Positions 1 to 15,248 are shown, counted from the stretch's first letter. The stretch is 64,000 nt of DNA from Mytilus edulis (GCF_963676685.1 NC_092354.1:81530001-81594000), one strand, 5' to 3'. Numbers and translations are program-made. The notes: a model not told the origin generated them from the sequence alone.

Positions 1-771
1 AAGTTTACATCCTACGAGTTATAGCTCAGCAACTATTGATATCTAGGATATTCTATTACAAGCTAAACGAAAGTAAGTAACTATTGTAAAGCATTATATG
101 GTCCTATGAAGTAGTGTCTTCGTGTGTCTTTATATAATTGAAAAAAGGAGGACTTTATTTTCTATCTCATATGCGTTTCTTTATATAATTGAAAAAAGGA
201 GGACTTTATTTTCTATCTCATATGCGTTTTATTCAATCGTCCGCTTATATTTTGACGGTCATTGTCGAATAAGTCATACATATAACAAAAGCAACTACAC
301 GTGCCATCCATCAAATCTTTCCAGATAAGCTTATGATTTAGTGATACTAAATATAATAATAAAGTTTCATCAAAATCTGATACCATGTGTCGTAGGCCTA
401 TTCAGAATTTCTTTGGTGATTAAAAAGTATTCCCCCTACGAATGAACACAACTGTGGCCACTTCCATATGAGACGGAAACCGTTTAAAATGAACTCATTT
501 GCTACAATTGTGAACATTTCAGTAAGTTAGCATGACTTACTGATGCAAGCATCCGATACATTTGCATTGTACTGTAAAAAAACACCCCATATGTGTGTAA
601 CAGATGTATTCTACTTTTAAATAAATAGTTACAAATGTAAGTTTTCATTTCCAAAATTTGATATAACTGCTATATTTTGGGGCATAACTGGACGTACTCT
701 TTTTTTCTTTTGTCTTGAATTCAATGCGCAATATGTCATGATAGTGCTCGTTGATGGTAAGAAATTCATTT

Positions 772-1125
772 AAAGAGGGACGAAAGATACCAAAGGGACA
801 GTCAAACTCATAAATCTAAAACAAACTGACAACGCCATGGCTAAAAATGAAAAAGACAAACAGAAACACAATAGTACACATGACACAACATAGAAAACTC
901 AAGAATAAACAACACGAACCCCACCAAAAAAACTAGGGGTGATCTCAGGTGCTCTGGAAGGGTAAGCAGATCCTGCTCCACATGTGGCACCCGTCGTGGT
1001 GTTGCTTATGTGATTACAAATCCGGTAAAATAGTCTAATTCGGTAGGTCACATTCATGAAAGGGGATTGTAGTTACGACGTAAGGATCATATCCGATATC
1101 ATTTGTGAAACATATCCGATATCAT
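772..1125 (-). mobile_element. 3' fragment of the same Penelope-like family as 8852-9516
   Basis: High reverse-complement identity to ~9190-9516; a more decayed copy lies at ~60082-60275. Confidence 0.8.
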
Positions 1126-3908
1126 TAAGGGACAGGCGAGTTCTTGGAATGATTTGTTGTAAATGTGTATTAAACTAGTTTGGAATTTAAATATTTATGA
1201 GACGCTTCAGTGTGTAATAGATCAATCAATTTCAAGGAAATTATGTGGCGAATATTATTCCAGCAATCCATCAATCTGATAGATTTTTCACCTGTGGCAA
1301 GGGGTGAAGATTTCAAAATATGCAAAATCGGAACAATATCCTGAGACAGATAATTTTTGAAATTGTATACGTATTTCAATCAATATAGAATACCCATAAC
1401 TTTGCATATTTACTTTACAATATCGAAACACAGGTATTGAGTCAAATTTTAACCGGGAGTTGTGACATTGTTATAATTCCAATAAGGATAAAATGTTAAC
1501 AGTATGTCAAATTGATTAGGCTTTAAAAAAATATAAATTAGGGTAAGCTAACGCATGCACATGATGTGTATTGTGTCTTACACTGTTAGAGGTTTAAAAT
1601 GTTTAGCAACATATTATAGCAATGTGTTCACACACTTACTATGAGCTTTGGCAATCTAGAAGTTCATTTTTTCTATCCGACAAATGTTTAGTATATTGAT
1701 TATTCATAACATAACCTGCCTTATAAAAGGACGAATCTTATGTTCAAACTAATTATTGGACATTATAGACTCAAACTTCAGAGTATCACATTATATTCTT
1801 TCGAAATTAACTATATTCTTAGCAGTTTAAAATAGATTGTCGATTACTAAATTTTACCCCTTCCGAATAGCTCATGATTTTCATACATCCGCTTGACCTG
1901 AAATGAAAAAAAATAAAATAAAATAAGAAGTGAAATCAGTTTTAAGATAGAATAGATGAATAACGTGTCTGATTATAAATGAAAAACGTAATGCATGAAT
2001 ATGGACACATTTAACATCACTTGTTGGCATTTCATTGCTTCTTTAACTTGTGAACAACAAAAGTCAGTTCTTTAAATCTGTGGCCAGTTTCTGACAATCA
2101 ACTTTGATACATACAGAATGTCGTATCCGGACGTTTGATAGAGAAAAAAAAGATATTCATAGCAAATAGAAAAATTACTAACAAAACATAACCAAAGTTA
2201 AACCAATTTGATTGATTAAACTAATTCAAGCAAAACTTAATGAATTCAATAAAAAAATGCAATTATTAATGACTAATACAATCAATTTATTTGTGCAACT
2301 GATTGTTGCATTGGTACTTCTAGATACACTGATTATTCTGCTACACTGAACATTGCAGTTACTTTAACACGGAACAGAATACATGTTACGCGTATATTCG
2401 CGGTTGAAGATATTACTCAGTGTACTAATACTTTGATGAATCCTACTTTGTAAAGAATCAATCTGATTCTAACAAATAATTCTCTGAAACTGACATAATG
2501 AAGATGCTTGATTTCTTGCTTGGCAAGATATTTCTTCCGTCCCTTTTTTTATATTGTTACACTTTTTATATTAACATAATGTGTGTTATATAGAACAACA
2601 TATGTAAAGGCGGATAATCAGATTTAATGAAAAAACATACTAAAAACAACAAAACAACAAAAAAAATTAAAAAAATGCAAGAACCAATAATTTTTATGGA
2701 TAACAATTTTTAAGGTAACTCAGGTTCTTCAGATGAATGAGCAGTTATTTTGTATGATTAAACTTTTAAAACATGGCAGAACGAAATCAGAAGATAACCC
2801 AGGTGCTTTGGATCAGTAATCAATACTCTTCTGCGTATAAAAGATAGCTTTTTTTTTAGCAACTGATGTATTAAACTGAACCAATACCCTCGGGCTGATA
2901 TTGGTATCTCGAGGTAATATCGCATATGATATGGATGTTGGCATGTATTATTCCTTATTTACTTCAAAAATAATAACATAATAACAATAATATCATGTAT
3001 CAAAGACAAACTATTTATAAATACACACATCAGATTATACGTAACTACGTTATAAACAGTCTAGAAATCATAACTTTGCGCGTTAGTAGAGAATACGTAT
3101 CTACAGGATGCAGAGTGTAAATATAGCAATCCATAGCAAAATAAGTTTAAATGCATTACATTTGTTTTTCATACATTTGATGTGTTTCAGATTTCGATTT
3201 TGCTTTTGGTAAAGGGACTACCATGTGTAATTTTCATTGGAGCTCGGCATTTTTGTTTCTTGATTTTTGATATTCAAAGATCGTTTAACAATATTAAATT
3301 AATTACTTGTAAAATAAGTGGATCACAGAATAGGTTGTTTTTATTTTTATTTGAACTTAACACATTACAAAAAAGGGTGTGCTATATCGTTAGTATTCAA
3401 GCTACAATAAAACATTCCGATCAAATCTTTGCATAGCATTTAGTGACGATTGAGTTCTTCTAAATTAAAACAGCAGATAATACTAGCAGATTTGGTTCTA
3501 AAAGGCGTTGTTCAATTATTTGATATATATTTACACAAAATAATACCACTTTAAGTTTATGTCTTTGAGTACACAACAACGTCCAACTCGCATTAAGTCA
3601 GCAATTTGCAAGATGTCAGATTCATTAAAACCCGTTCACATGTTTTACAATTTGTATGTTTTTATTATTGGCTCACCATAGGCATCCTCTAATCAAACGT
3701 ATTTATCCTTTAATATCTTATATCAATAACTACAATAATGTGCACTAGTAACACATGATTCCCAAACCCACAAATGCTAATTGTCAATCATTTTATTTTA
3801 TTGAATTTATAAATGTTTTTGAATGACTGAATTTTGTACTGTATTTCACCTTTTCATAGCTTATAGCCGCTTCACAATCCATTCTATTCCAATTTTAGAG
3901 ATCGATGA

Positions 3909-4197
3909 TTTATATGCCACACCTTCGATAGTAGAGGGGTATTACGATTTCTGGTCTGTGCGTCCGTCCTTTCGTCCGTTCGTCCGTTCGTTCGTCCGTC
4001 CGACCGTCTGTCCCGCTTCAGGTTCAAATGTTTGTTCAAGGTAGTTTTTGATGAAGTCCAATCAACTTGAAACTTAGTACGCATGTTCCCTATGGCATGA
4101 TCTTTCTAATTTTAATGCCAAATAAGATTTTTTACCCAATGTCACGATCCATTGAACATGGAAAATGATATAGCGAGTGGGACATCCGTGTACTTGT
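3909..4197 (+). mobile_element. HINE, same family as 18184-18498
   Basis: Collinear similarity, including the microsatellite. Confidence 0.72.
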
Positions 4198-5539
4198 TGA
4201 TTATACATTTTTAACAATGTTTTAAAACCCTCAAAGAATTTTTCCGTTATAATCTTCCACTAATCTTTTCTCTATTTCGTGCATTTTTGTCATGGGTTTG
4301 TAGAGTTCGAATATAGTAGGAAAGGAAACAGGGAACAGAAAAGACATCAATTATAATCTCCATTGAAAAAAAGCGTGTATATCATAAATGCCAGCGTAAT
4401 GTGTAAACCTAACGAATATTGTTATCTAGTTTATATAATAGACTTTTATATCAAATACTGAGCTGGTCATTAGTGTTTGTGTGTTAAATAAGAGTCAGTC
4501 TTAAATTTGTGATACGCCATTTTTTCGCTAGATGCAAATGTTGAATACAACCCAATGCAATATACACAGGACGGTTCAAGAGTGTTTTAGAAAAACAAGT
4601 ATTAACAAGAATTCCAAACTTCAGGACAAATTCAAAACCTCGAAGGTCTTAAAAACGTTGACCAAACCAAATATATGAACAAATAGAAAACAACCCTTGT
4701 ATTACTAACTTACAGACAGTTCCAAAGAACAACCAAAATTGACATACTTGTGTAACCCTATATCAAACACATACAGCAACACTGAATGAATAATCAAATC
4801 ACACATATAAATTTCGTAGTTAATCAAATCGTAATGCTATACTAGTATACAATTTCTCGATAGAGTACACATTGATAAAGACATTCATTCAAGTGTAAAA
4901 CATGTGCATTTTCGACGGAATAAACAAAACCCCACATATCTGAGCGGTAATTAACCAACTATATGTTGAATTTTCTGTCTAAAATCCAAGGCAAACACAA
5001 TGAATTACGATGAAACATAAATATGTATATGGATGGTGTATGTACAAAATTTGAAAAGAAGCATTTTTCAAATGTTTGCGACGCATTGGTGTAAACGTGA
5101 ACAATCTGAAGAATCCCTATTCTTTTTTTTTAAATAAATTAAATTGATGTCAATTGTGAATATTTGAACATCACATTCTTAAAATGATTAAGAAAGAAAT
5201 AAAAATAAATGATATTACGCCTAATCCTAGAAAAAGTAACCAACTGCAGGTTTGTCTTTGCACCGTTCGACAAGGCAACCAACACTGTGGTAGTTGTCTG
5301 CCTCACATACTATACAGAAGCTATTAAGAAAGAAATTTGAAATCAAATTGTTCTTCATTCGAGTCAATGGACTCCACAGAGAGTCATTTAGAAAACAATT
5401 GTATAGTAACATCATCACAGCTTAAGACCTTTTCCGAGCATCTGAAGGTCGACGATGTATTGGTTAGGTACTCAAATAACTACAAAATAAAACCTTAACA
5501 TACAGTAAAATAAATGTAATCTTAGTCTCTATAAATAAC

Positions 5540-7275
5540 ATAAACAGTACCAATGTTTCTGTACTAGCTGCGCATTTCGACAATCAAAGTATCTTGAGTG
5601 ATGCTCGATGTTAAAATATTCTAAATTCGAAGCGTATTTAAGCTAAAAGAAAAGTCAAAATTGAGCAAGGAATTAGAGCTTTGCACGAAAGAGATACATT
5701 CCTTATTTTTAAATAATTTTCAAATTTTTGTGACAGCAAATCTTCATAAAATCCGTATTTCCATGCCAATACCAAAGTAATGGATGCGTAGCTGGTGATA
5801 CCTTTCGATATTAGCAGCCCACCAGCAGAGGCTTTGGCCTAGTAAACGGTACCATTTTTTTCTGTACAAGATGCGCATTTCGACGATCCATGCCTCTTCA
5901 GTGATGCTGGGGGCCAAAAGATTTAAAAATCTAAGGCTTATTTAAAACATGAAGAGCTATATACCAAATACGAATAAAGAGAATAGCCAAAGTGAAGCAA
6001 GGAATCAGAGCTTCACATAATTAAGTTAGGCACATTCCGTTATTTTAAATTATTTCTAAAGGACCCCTTTTTGGACCCAAAATATGGCAGTTTTACAAAA
6101 CTAAAAATGTAAACTTTTAGTTATTTATTGGATAGTAAAATGGTTCTGCTACATAAATATGGGCTGTTTTTGACAATACAATGCGCATATATTGGGAACT
6201 AGCACCATTTAGTCATGCTAAGTTACTGAAATCTTAACAATTCCAGCATTTTACTTAAATTTTAGACGGTTTCCGTGTAAAACGAAAGTGGCCGCATTCG
6301 TGTTCATCCAAAATATTGAAATGTAAGTTGTATTTGATGATAATACATAACTTACATAAAGGTTGAGCATGGACACGGATGCGGCCACTTTCGTTTTTCA
6401 TATTTGAGCTTGAATCGGATCGTTTTAAATGACGAAATGAGTTAAAATCTTTCACATGCGTTAATTGAATCATATGAAATAGACACTTAAGTGTTTAACA
6501 AGTGGTCAAAATCTTTCGTCAGATGAAACTGAAATTTAAGGCCAAAATCGGTCCTTACCGGAGCTACTCCTTTTTGTAACAGCAATCTTAAATAACATGA
6601 AATTATTATTTTCATTCCAGTACCAAATAATGGCCACGTGGCTGGTGATACCCTCGGGGCCTACCAGTCCACCAGTAGAGACATCGATCCAGTGGAAGGT
6701 ATAACATAAACGGTGTCAATTTTTATGAACAATAGGCGTTCTTTTACAATCAATGTATCTTCAATGATGTTTGATGCCACACTAGTTGAAATTCCAAAAC
6801 GTATTAAGGATATGACTAGCTATGCAACTATAATGATTAAAAGAAAAGCCAAAGCTGGTCAAAGGGTCAAAGTCTTGCATGAGGGAGATACATGTACATT
6901 CCTTAGCTTTGAATAATTTCAAAACAGCAAATTTTAATAACAAAAAAAAAACCCCAACGTATTTGCATAAACCAGTACCAATGTAATGGCTATTGGGCTG
7001 ATGGTACACTCGGGGACTATAAGTCCGCCAGCAGTATATTAAGTGATGCTTGAGGCCAAAATATTTCACAATCCACAGCTTATTTAGGATATGAAGGGCT
7101 TTAAACCAGAAATACCAAAAAGAATAGCCAAAGCTGGCCAAGGAGTCAGACTTTTGAGTGAGAGTGATCCATTCCTCAATTTTAAATAATTTCTAAAGAT
7201 TTGTAACAGCAAATGTTATGAACATGAAATCCGAATCTCCATGCTAGCACCAAAGTAATGGATACTGGGCTGGAG
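5540..7275 (-). repeat. Old, degenerate tandem array of the family A retrozyme, interrupted by a MITE fragment (~6058-6570)
   Basis: Recurring reverse-complement matches to the 350-bp unit. Best hammerhead at 5864-5908 (CTGAAGA GGCA..CGTC GAAA TGCGCA TC). Confidence 0.75.
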
Positions 7276-7544
7276 ATAACTTAGGAAACTATCAGTGTTC
7301 TACAATAAATGTATATTGTTAGGTAAAAATATGACATGCAAGTAAACCACTATTTTATACAAATCATATATAACAATGTACGATAGGATAGATGCATTTA
7401 TTGTGGTCATCGGTAATAACGTAGCCAGCTCGATTTCTATATGAATGGGGAACTAATACAGGTGAAATAAATAGTTTTATACTTTAGGCTGTCTCTATTG
7501 TGATCCTGCAACACGTGTATGAAAATGAGTAAGGATGGCATCGG

Positions 7545-8312
7545 GATGTAAATCTGTATACCCGCATATTAAATCAGCCATATTTTTTATGTCAGGATTC
7601 AATTTATGATACAATGGATAGCAATATTGCAATACAATCTCAACATTTTTTGTTCGCATAAGTTAAAAATGCCAGCATGTCCTCCTTTTATTCAAAATAT
7701 TGATACGTAACACAATTTTAGTATTTTTGATACCTTATGCTGACTTGTACAACAAAATTAGTTGACCACTTCAACCAAAACTGACATGTATGCACTTTAA
7801 TTTGTAAATGTATATACCCGCATAGCAAACCAGCCATGTTTTGTTCATGTCAGGATTCAATGAATAATACAAATGACAGCAATATTGCTATACAATAACA
7901 ACACATTTTTGTTCGCATAAATTTAGGGTACCAGCATGTCCTCCTTTTATTTTAAATAGTGAAATGTAACAAAATTTCAGTAGATTTGATACCTCATGCT
8001 GACTTGTACAACACAATTATTTGACAGCAGCGACAAAAACTGACCATATGTACACTTTAATTTGTAAATCTATATACCCGCATAGTAAATTAGCCATATT
8101 TTGTTATGTCAGGATTCAATGAACAATACAAGGGACAGCGATATTGTACTACAATAACAACACTGTTTTGTTCGCAAAAATTTAGGGTACCAGCATGTCC
8201 TCCTTTCATTCAAAATATTGATAAGAAAAAAAATTTCAGTAGTTTTGATACCTCATACTGACTTGTACAACACAACTATTTGACCTTATCATCCAAGTTC
8301 CAACACTGACAT
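7545..8312 (+). repeat. Three tandem ~255-bp units
   Basis: TATACCCGCATA and CCAGCATGTCCTCCTTT recur at ~255-260-bp spacing. Confidence 0.85.
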
Positions 8313-8851
8313 GTCTGAATTCATTTGTACTTTTAAATTAAAAAAAAAGTATATGAGGTTCTCTTCTGGGAATATTATACTGATTATCTATTATAATGTC
8401 GGTTGATTGACTTTTTTGTAGTTAAACGTCAAGTGGAAACTATTTCATTCAAGTGCACAACGAGTATAGTTTTATGGATAATTCTATATCAATTCATCGA
8501 TAAAGACAAATTTGACGAATGTGACGAGATTGTTGATAGTTAAAATATAGTATAAATGAATAAAGTAACACGATAATCTGCCATAAGCAGATCTGTTCTT
8601 AGGTCTTTTCAATATCAGACATTCAACAGGTCTGGTAAGAACCAGACCTGTCCATGGTCTGGTCAGGAGCAGACCTGTCAACAGGTCTGGTCTGGGGTAG
8701 ACTTGTCCCCAGAACTTGTCAAAAGCTGACTTGTCCACAGGTCTGGTCAGGGGCAGACCTGTCGATAGGTCTACAACAGTCCTAAAAAAGCAGACCGTAG
8801 GTCTGGTCCACCAACGACGACGTTTACTTGCTTGTCTGCTTAAAACATTTC

Positions 8852-9516
8852 AAAGTCGGCTTCATATCTTGACTTACATCTAGAAATTGACAATGAGGGT
8901 CGGTTGAAGACAAAACTTTACGACAAAAGAGATGATTTCAGCTTTCCAATTGTGAACTTTCCATTTCTAATTAGCAACATTCCAGCAGCACCGGCATACG
9001 GGGTATATATCTCCCAATTGATACGATATTCCCGTGCTTGCATTTCCTATCATGATTTTCTTGATAGAGGGTTACTGCTCACAAGGAAGCTATTAAACCA
9101 AGAGTTTTAAATGGTGAAGTTGAAATCATCCCTTCGTAAATTTTACGGACGCCATCACGCGGTGGTTGACCGTTATGGAATAACCGTTTCACAAATGATA
9201 TCGGATATGTTCCTTACGTCGTAACCACAATCCCCTTCCCTTTCAAGAATTTGACCTACCGAATAAGACTATTTACCGGATTTGTAATCACATAAGCAAC
9301 ACGACGGGTGCCGCATGTGGAACAGGATCTGCTTACCCTTCCGGAGCACCTGAGATCACCCCTAGTTTTTGGTTTTGTTGTTTATTCTTTAGTTTTCTAT
9401 GTTGTGTCATGTGTACTATTGTTTTTCTGTTTGTCTTTTTCATTTTTAGCCATGGCGTTGTCAGTTTGTTTTAGATTTACGAGTTTGACTGTCCCTTTGG
9501 TATCTTTCGTCCCTTT
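8852..9516 (+). mobile_element. 5'-truncated Penelope-like retroelement (RT C-terminus plus 3' tail)
   Basis: SASYLDLHLEIDNEGRLKTKLYDKRDDFSFPIVNFPF...PAYGVYISQLIRY. Confidence 0.8.
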
Positions 9517-9789
9517 TTCAAATTGACTTAGAAAGCATTCAACAAGTCTGCTCCAAGTTAATTTTTGTCAAGGGTAGGACCGCACCTATCTGTACATCAA
9601 TATCAGAAATGCAACTCATTGGTGCTTAAACTTTAAGCAAAATAAACGGTAATTTTAATACAAATATTAACCACTGTCCCGTAAATCATTTCGATGATTC
9701 CATTATAATTCAGTAGGAATCAAAATGGAATCGCCCTAGAATTGAAAATGTTAAAATTTAGGCTAGCACTGATTTTTCAAGAGTCAATG

Positions 9790-10442
9790 CAATGAAATTG
9801 AGAATCGAAATGAGGAATGTGTCAAAGGGACAACAACCAAAGCAAATAGAAGAAAACCTACCAAGGACACCGATGGGTCTTTAACACAGCGAGAAAACCA
9901 CGGACGAGGAGTCAGACTTCACCTGGTTCCCTTAACACAAATGTGTACTAGTTCATGATGATCAGTGGAAATGAACAACATACTTGACTTCGAATCATAT
10001 AAATAAAATAAAACTTTAAAAAAACATGAAAAATTATCAAAGTTTAGGAGCTCCTGATTTGGGGCTGGCGTAAAACTGTGGCAGAACTAAAAATGTTTTG
10101 TGCGATTTCAACCATCCCCTAGACTCTGTAGAATACCAAAAATTCACCAAATAGCGGAAAAACTATCAAGGACACCGATGGGTCTTTAACACAGCGAGAA
10201 AATTACGGACCAGGAGTCAGACTTCACCTGGTTCCTTTAACACAAATGTGTACTAGTTCAGTGGAAATGAACAACATACTTAATTTTGAATCATATAAAT
10301 GAACTAAAACTTAAAAAAACATAAACAATTATCAAAGTTTAGGAGCTCCTGATTTGGGACAGGCGTAAAACTGAGGCAGAACTAAACACGTTTTGTGAGA
10401 TTTCAACCATCCCCTAGACTTTGTAGAATACCAAAAATTCAC
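9790..10442 (-). repeat. Tandem ~310-bp duplication of a retroelement 3'-tail fragment
   Basis: GGACACCGATGGGTCTTTAACACAGCGAGAA at ~9864 and ~10170. Confidence 0.75.
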
Positions 10443-10930
10443 TGTTTGCAAAAGTATGTTTTATTCTTAAATGATAAGGATGTTGTTGTCCCAGGTGGAT
10501 ACACCTGGCCGTATTGGTCACTACTTTTTGAAATTTTTTGTCCTCAGTACTATTCAGCTTTGTACTTGTTTTGGCTTTCACACTTTTTTTAACTGGGCGT
10601 CGCTGGTTAGTTATGTGTTGACGTGGAGCCCGTCTGGCGTATAATTTTTGTAACCAGGTACCTGTTGTTGGCTATTGATCGTTTGTTTCTCTGTCCTATA
10701 TTTTCTCCCATTTCTTTGTCTGGTAGTCCTGCCATATGATATTGTCATTGTAATGGTACAGTTAAAATTGCCATTAAAGTGGGAGGTTTAGCATGCCACA
10801 AAACAATATTCTTATATCACTGTTATAATAAAGTTCGTTCATGTGTGTGTTACATTTTAATGTTGAGTTTCTGTTGTGTCGTAGTTCTCTTATATTTGAT
10901 GCGTTTCCTTCAGTTTTAATTTGTTACTCG

Positions 10931-10968
<38 letters not shown>

Positions 10969-12109
10969 GAATTTCGAACATCGGTATACTGCTGTTGTCT
11001 TTATCTACAAAGCGAAATAAGTCACATTTGAAGATACAGTATTACTCCTGCAAAATGTTTGATCTGTTTAAATTTATATTAAATCACCTTTCAATGTTAC
11101 AGTACCACATTCCAACACAAATTTAAAATAAACATGCTCAGCTGTAAAAGGCATCACAAGGAAAAGCGAACATTATTTAAGGAGCAGTGAACAGAACCAA
11201 GTCTACAACACTTAAGTATGTGTTAGTTTTGAAACGAAAAGTAATTATTATATTATCTAAATACAATCTCCTTGTTTTTTTTAAATTTCACAACAGAATG
11301 AAACCCCTCTCCATTTGGCCAACACCAAAGACGTTCCAGACATTTCAATATAGAATGGAGTCGATGTCAACATCAGAGATAACAAAGTGAGTATAGTTCA
11401 CGTAGTATATAATGATCGGTCAAAAATAATGATAGCAACATTGGACAGGGAATATCATATCGAAACCTTGTCGATTGCTATTATGGGGTATAGTCTTCAA
11501 CAGAAAATAACCATAAACGTTTCCTATTAAACACAGACTGGAAGATTACAAATAAAATTTAAAACATAAATGAAGCAAACATAAAACATAAATATGTTAT
11601 TGCAACCAGTGTTATGTTAACAAGTATTTCCCTTAATGCTTTGGTAATGCCATGAATTGTTTTTCATCTATCACCTTTAACTTTCTAAAAGAAATATATC
11701 TTTTACCTTCCATCTCTTTCTGTGCCACCAATACTAAAATAATTTTTTTATCATTTTATGAGGTATTTCAGATCAACTTCCAAGGCAAAAAACAATATGG
11801 CATTCCTTATCTTTCCGATACAATTAATATTCAAATAAAGTACATATATTTTACTGAATCAAAGCTCAAACTGAACTATAAATAAATGGATTTAGCTAAA
11901 CAATGTACGATCTTTTAGACAAGAATTGTTTATTTTTTTAATGTTTTAGTTCTATCAAGGACATAACGATAGGACTTGCACATGAGTATTTATATCAAAA
12001 ATAAAAACACTTCAAAAAATATCTCAAACCACATAAACATGCAATTTAAATGGTCATTAAATTCAGTTTCATAAGATAATTTTCCTAATAAGGTTTACAC
12101 AAACAGAAA

Positions 12110-12890
12110 TGGAGGCCCTTCAATTTATACAAACACAATTTTGTAGTTATTGTACTCCAATATTACTGTCATTTGTAGTATACAGAGTCCTGGCATAAAA
12201 ACAAATATGTCTGATTGACTATGTGCATGGCTATATAGATTTGCAAAAAAAGGTGCAAATATGGTCAATTTTGATTGATGCGGTCAAATAATTGTGTTGT
12301 ACAAGTCAGAACTTTGTAGTTATTGTATTTCAATATTACTGTTATTTGTGTTATACATTGAATCCTGACATACGGAATATGGCTGATTTACTATGCGGCT
12401 ATATAGATTCACAAAGTAAAGTGCAAATAGGGGCAGTTTTTGTTGAAGCGGCCAAATATGTTTGTTGTACAGGTCAGGTCAGCCTGAAGTATCAAAACTA
12501 CTGAAATTGTGTTACGTTTCAATAAATTGAATAAAAGGAGGACATGCTGGCACTCTCAATGTATTGGCACACAATTTTGTAGTTTTTTTATTCCAATATT
12601 GCTGTTAATTATATTATACATTGAACCCTGACATACGGAATGTGGCTGATTTACTATGCAGCTATAGATATAGATTTACAAAGTAAAGTGCAGTTTTGGT
12701 TTATGAGGTCAAATCATTTGATTGTAAAAGTCAAAAAAAAGTTTTCAAAACTACTAAAATTGTGTTACGAGACAATATTTTGAAAAAAGGACATGCTGGC
12801 ACTCTGAATGTATGCGGACAAAATTGTGTTTGTATTATAAAGTCTATCCTGGCATCAGCATTTGCTGATATATATAGATTTACATAATAA
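12110..12890 (-). repeat. Inverted, more diverged array of the 7545-8312 unit
   Basis: AAAAGGAGGACATGCTGGCA and ATGGCTGATTTACTATGC recur. Confidence 0.75.
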
Positions 12891-15248
12891 AGTGGAAATA
12901 TGGTTGAATTTGATAGGTATTGGAATATATATTCCATGCCCGTTAACATTGTTACCAACATTGTTTTTTTAATCTATATACAGGCAGATCACGGAGAAAT
13001 TTGTATAACATGCAACATTATATGCGTAATTTATTCACAAATACATAAATGTATATGTATTTGATCGTGTTTGTATCACGTAAGTATAAATTGTACATTA
13101 TTTTTCGATGTTTATATTAAGAAACAAAGATATTCATATATATTTTTTTTTTAAATCCGTGTAAAGCGTTCATGGTTACAAATTAACTTAGTGTTAAGCA
13201 GACATGTCAAAAGTTAACTTGTTTCGATCGGAAATGTCAAATCAAAGTTAAGTTATGTTAACTTATGTCAAAACTGGTCTCAAAGTTAACCTCAAGTATG
13301 TTAACTGATGGCAGGACTGGTTCGAAGTTAACTTTAATCACTTGCGGACCTGTTTCCAAAATAAACTTTTTGGCAGGCATAGGATCAAGTCCACTTTTCA
13401 ACATGATTTTGGTCCTAGGGCTAGTCATGACAGTCCTTAATCCTGTCACAGATTATTTCTGACCAGTCTTAATGACTGGTTATCAAGTTAAATTGCTGTA
13501 CATGTTAAATCTTTGTTCTGTATTGTCTTAAATTTATTTTACTTATAAAATAAGATCTAAGGTAATGTTGTTTACAAATAAATGTCTTTTATCAAATTAT
13601 AGTGTAATAAGTCAGTGAAAAGGACGTCCCTATCAGAGATCGCTCTAATATAACCTTAATATAATGTTTAAGAAAAAAAATGTCGTTTGCTGACTGACTG
13701 GCTTTCAAAATTTTCAGAATTGTATTACAACTACAACAACAGGGTACAGAAAAGTACAAAGCTTTCAAAACCATATCAGATGTCTTGAAACGCCTATTTT
13801 GCACAACCAATTGATGCACAGGAAACTATAAACAAAATTAGAATTTAAAAACAACGAAATAACATTTTATTAAAAGTCACGAATAACATTTTTTTTATAT
13901 AAATGGTATTCATCTTGTCTTATTAACTTTAAGTATATTGCACATTATATAACATACATATCTAGATGTTAAATTATTTAGACGCCCCCCATGCGGTTTT
14001 GAATACATGATATTTATCTTGTCTTTTACTATACCACACATTATATGATATATGTATCTTAATGATTTGTTAATTAGACGCCCAACCCCGTTCCAAAATA
14101 AGATATCGACAACAAAAAAAATGCAAAAAAACAAAATTACTATCAATAAGCTGAAATTGCACTAATTAAGATATTTATTGACTACTATGATTAATGAATC
14201 GTATCATTAGTGATACATCACTATATCATGACGTCAATTAAAGCTATAAGGTCAACCTCATCCTGATAATGGTTGCATTATAAAAAAGTTTTGTAACTAA
14301 GAATTGGATAAAAAAGACTCACTACAAGGACTTTAAATAAAAAAACAAAAATGCAAAATTGAACTGTGGTGTTGGGATCAATTTTTCTCAATAATTTGTA
14401 CAAGATATAGAAAAATATAGAAAAATTATAGAACTCCTTACCTTTGTATGTTTCAAATCCACTTAAAACATATCAGAAGTCGCCATTGATACCCCTCAAC
14501 TAGTTTGCTATCTGAGTCACATCATAGGGAAGCAGTTATGCGTGAATGATCTTCAAAGAGAAATACATTTAAATGGTCTTCAAGTTTTATTAGTTTTTGT
14601 TCATTATAATTGTATGGGTAATAAATACAATACTTGATTGACAAGGCTCAATAAGGATATATGAATTGTGTGTTTATATTCTTGTTTATTTTAAAGTATT
14701 GTATGTCTCTATGTATATCAATTAGTATTAATGTTTTCCTTATGAATGATTTTGATGTTTATGTTTTATTAAAAAGTAATTGTTCCATCTGATGTTATGG
14801 GTCCACGCATAGTATTGACGACTGAATAAATTAAAAAGTCAATTGTTTAAAAACCCCGGTTGTCTTCTTTAGCGTTGTAAACTGCCTTTTTACAAATGAT
14901 GTCCGGGTGGTTGAATTTCAAAGTGTGGAAATAAATACACAATAAGAACAATGAGAAAATAATGTTTATAAACAATTAAATACAAAAGTTTGATCAATCG
15001 ATACTAACTAATATAAATATCGTTTAAATACCAACACTGAAAAAAATCGTAAATATCATTTCTTATCAATTCTAAACAATGCTTAATATGCAAAACAGAA
15101 AGATTTAAATGATAAAATACTAAAATATCTTTTTTCGCGATTAAAACAGATAATTTATGAAAACTTATATATAGCAACACATTGACTAAATTACAACCAA
15201 GATCAACTACTTGGTTTTAACGCTGATGCCTAAACTAAGTGTGGATTA

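Noticed and set aside
122-328. 68-aa ORF with a duplicated peptide
   Set aside because: Produced by a local ~51-bp tandem duplication; no other coding evidence
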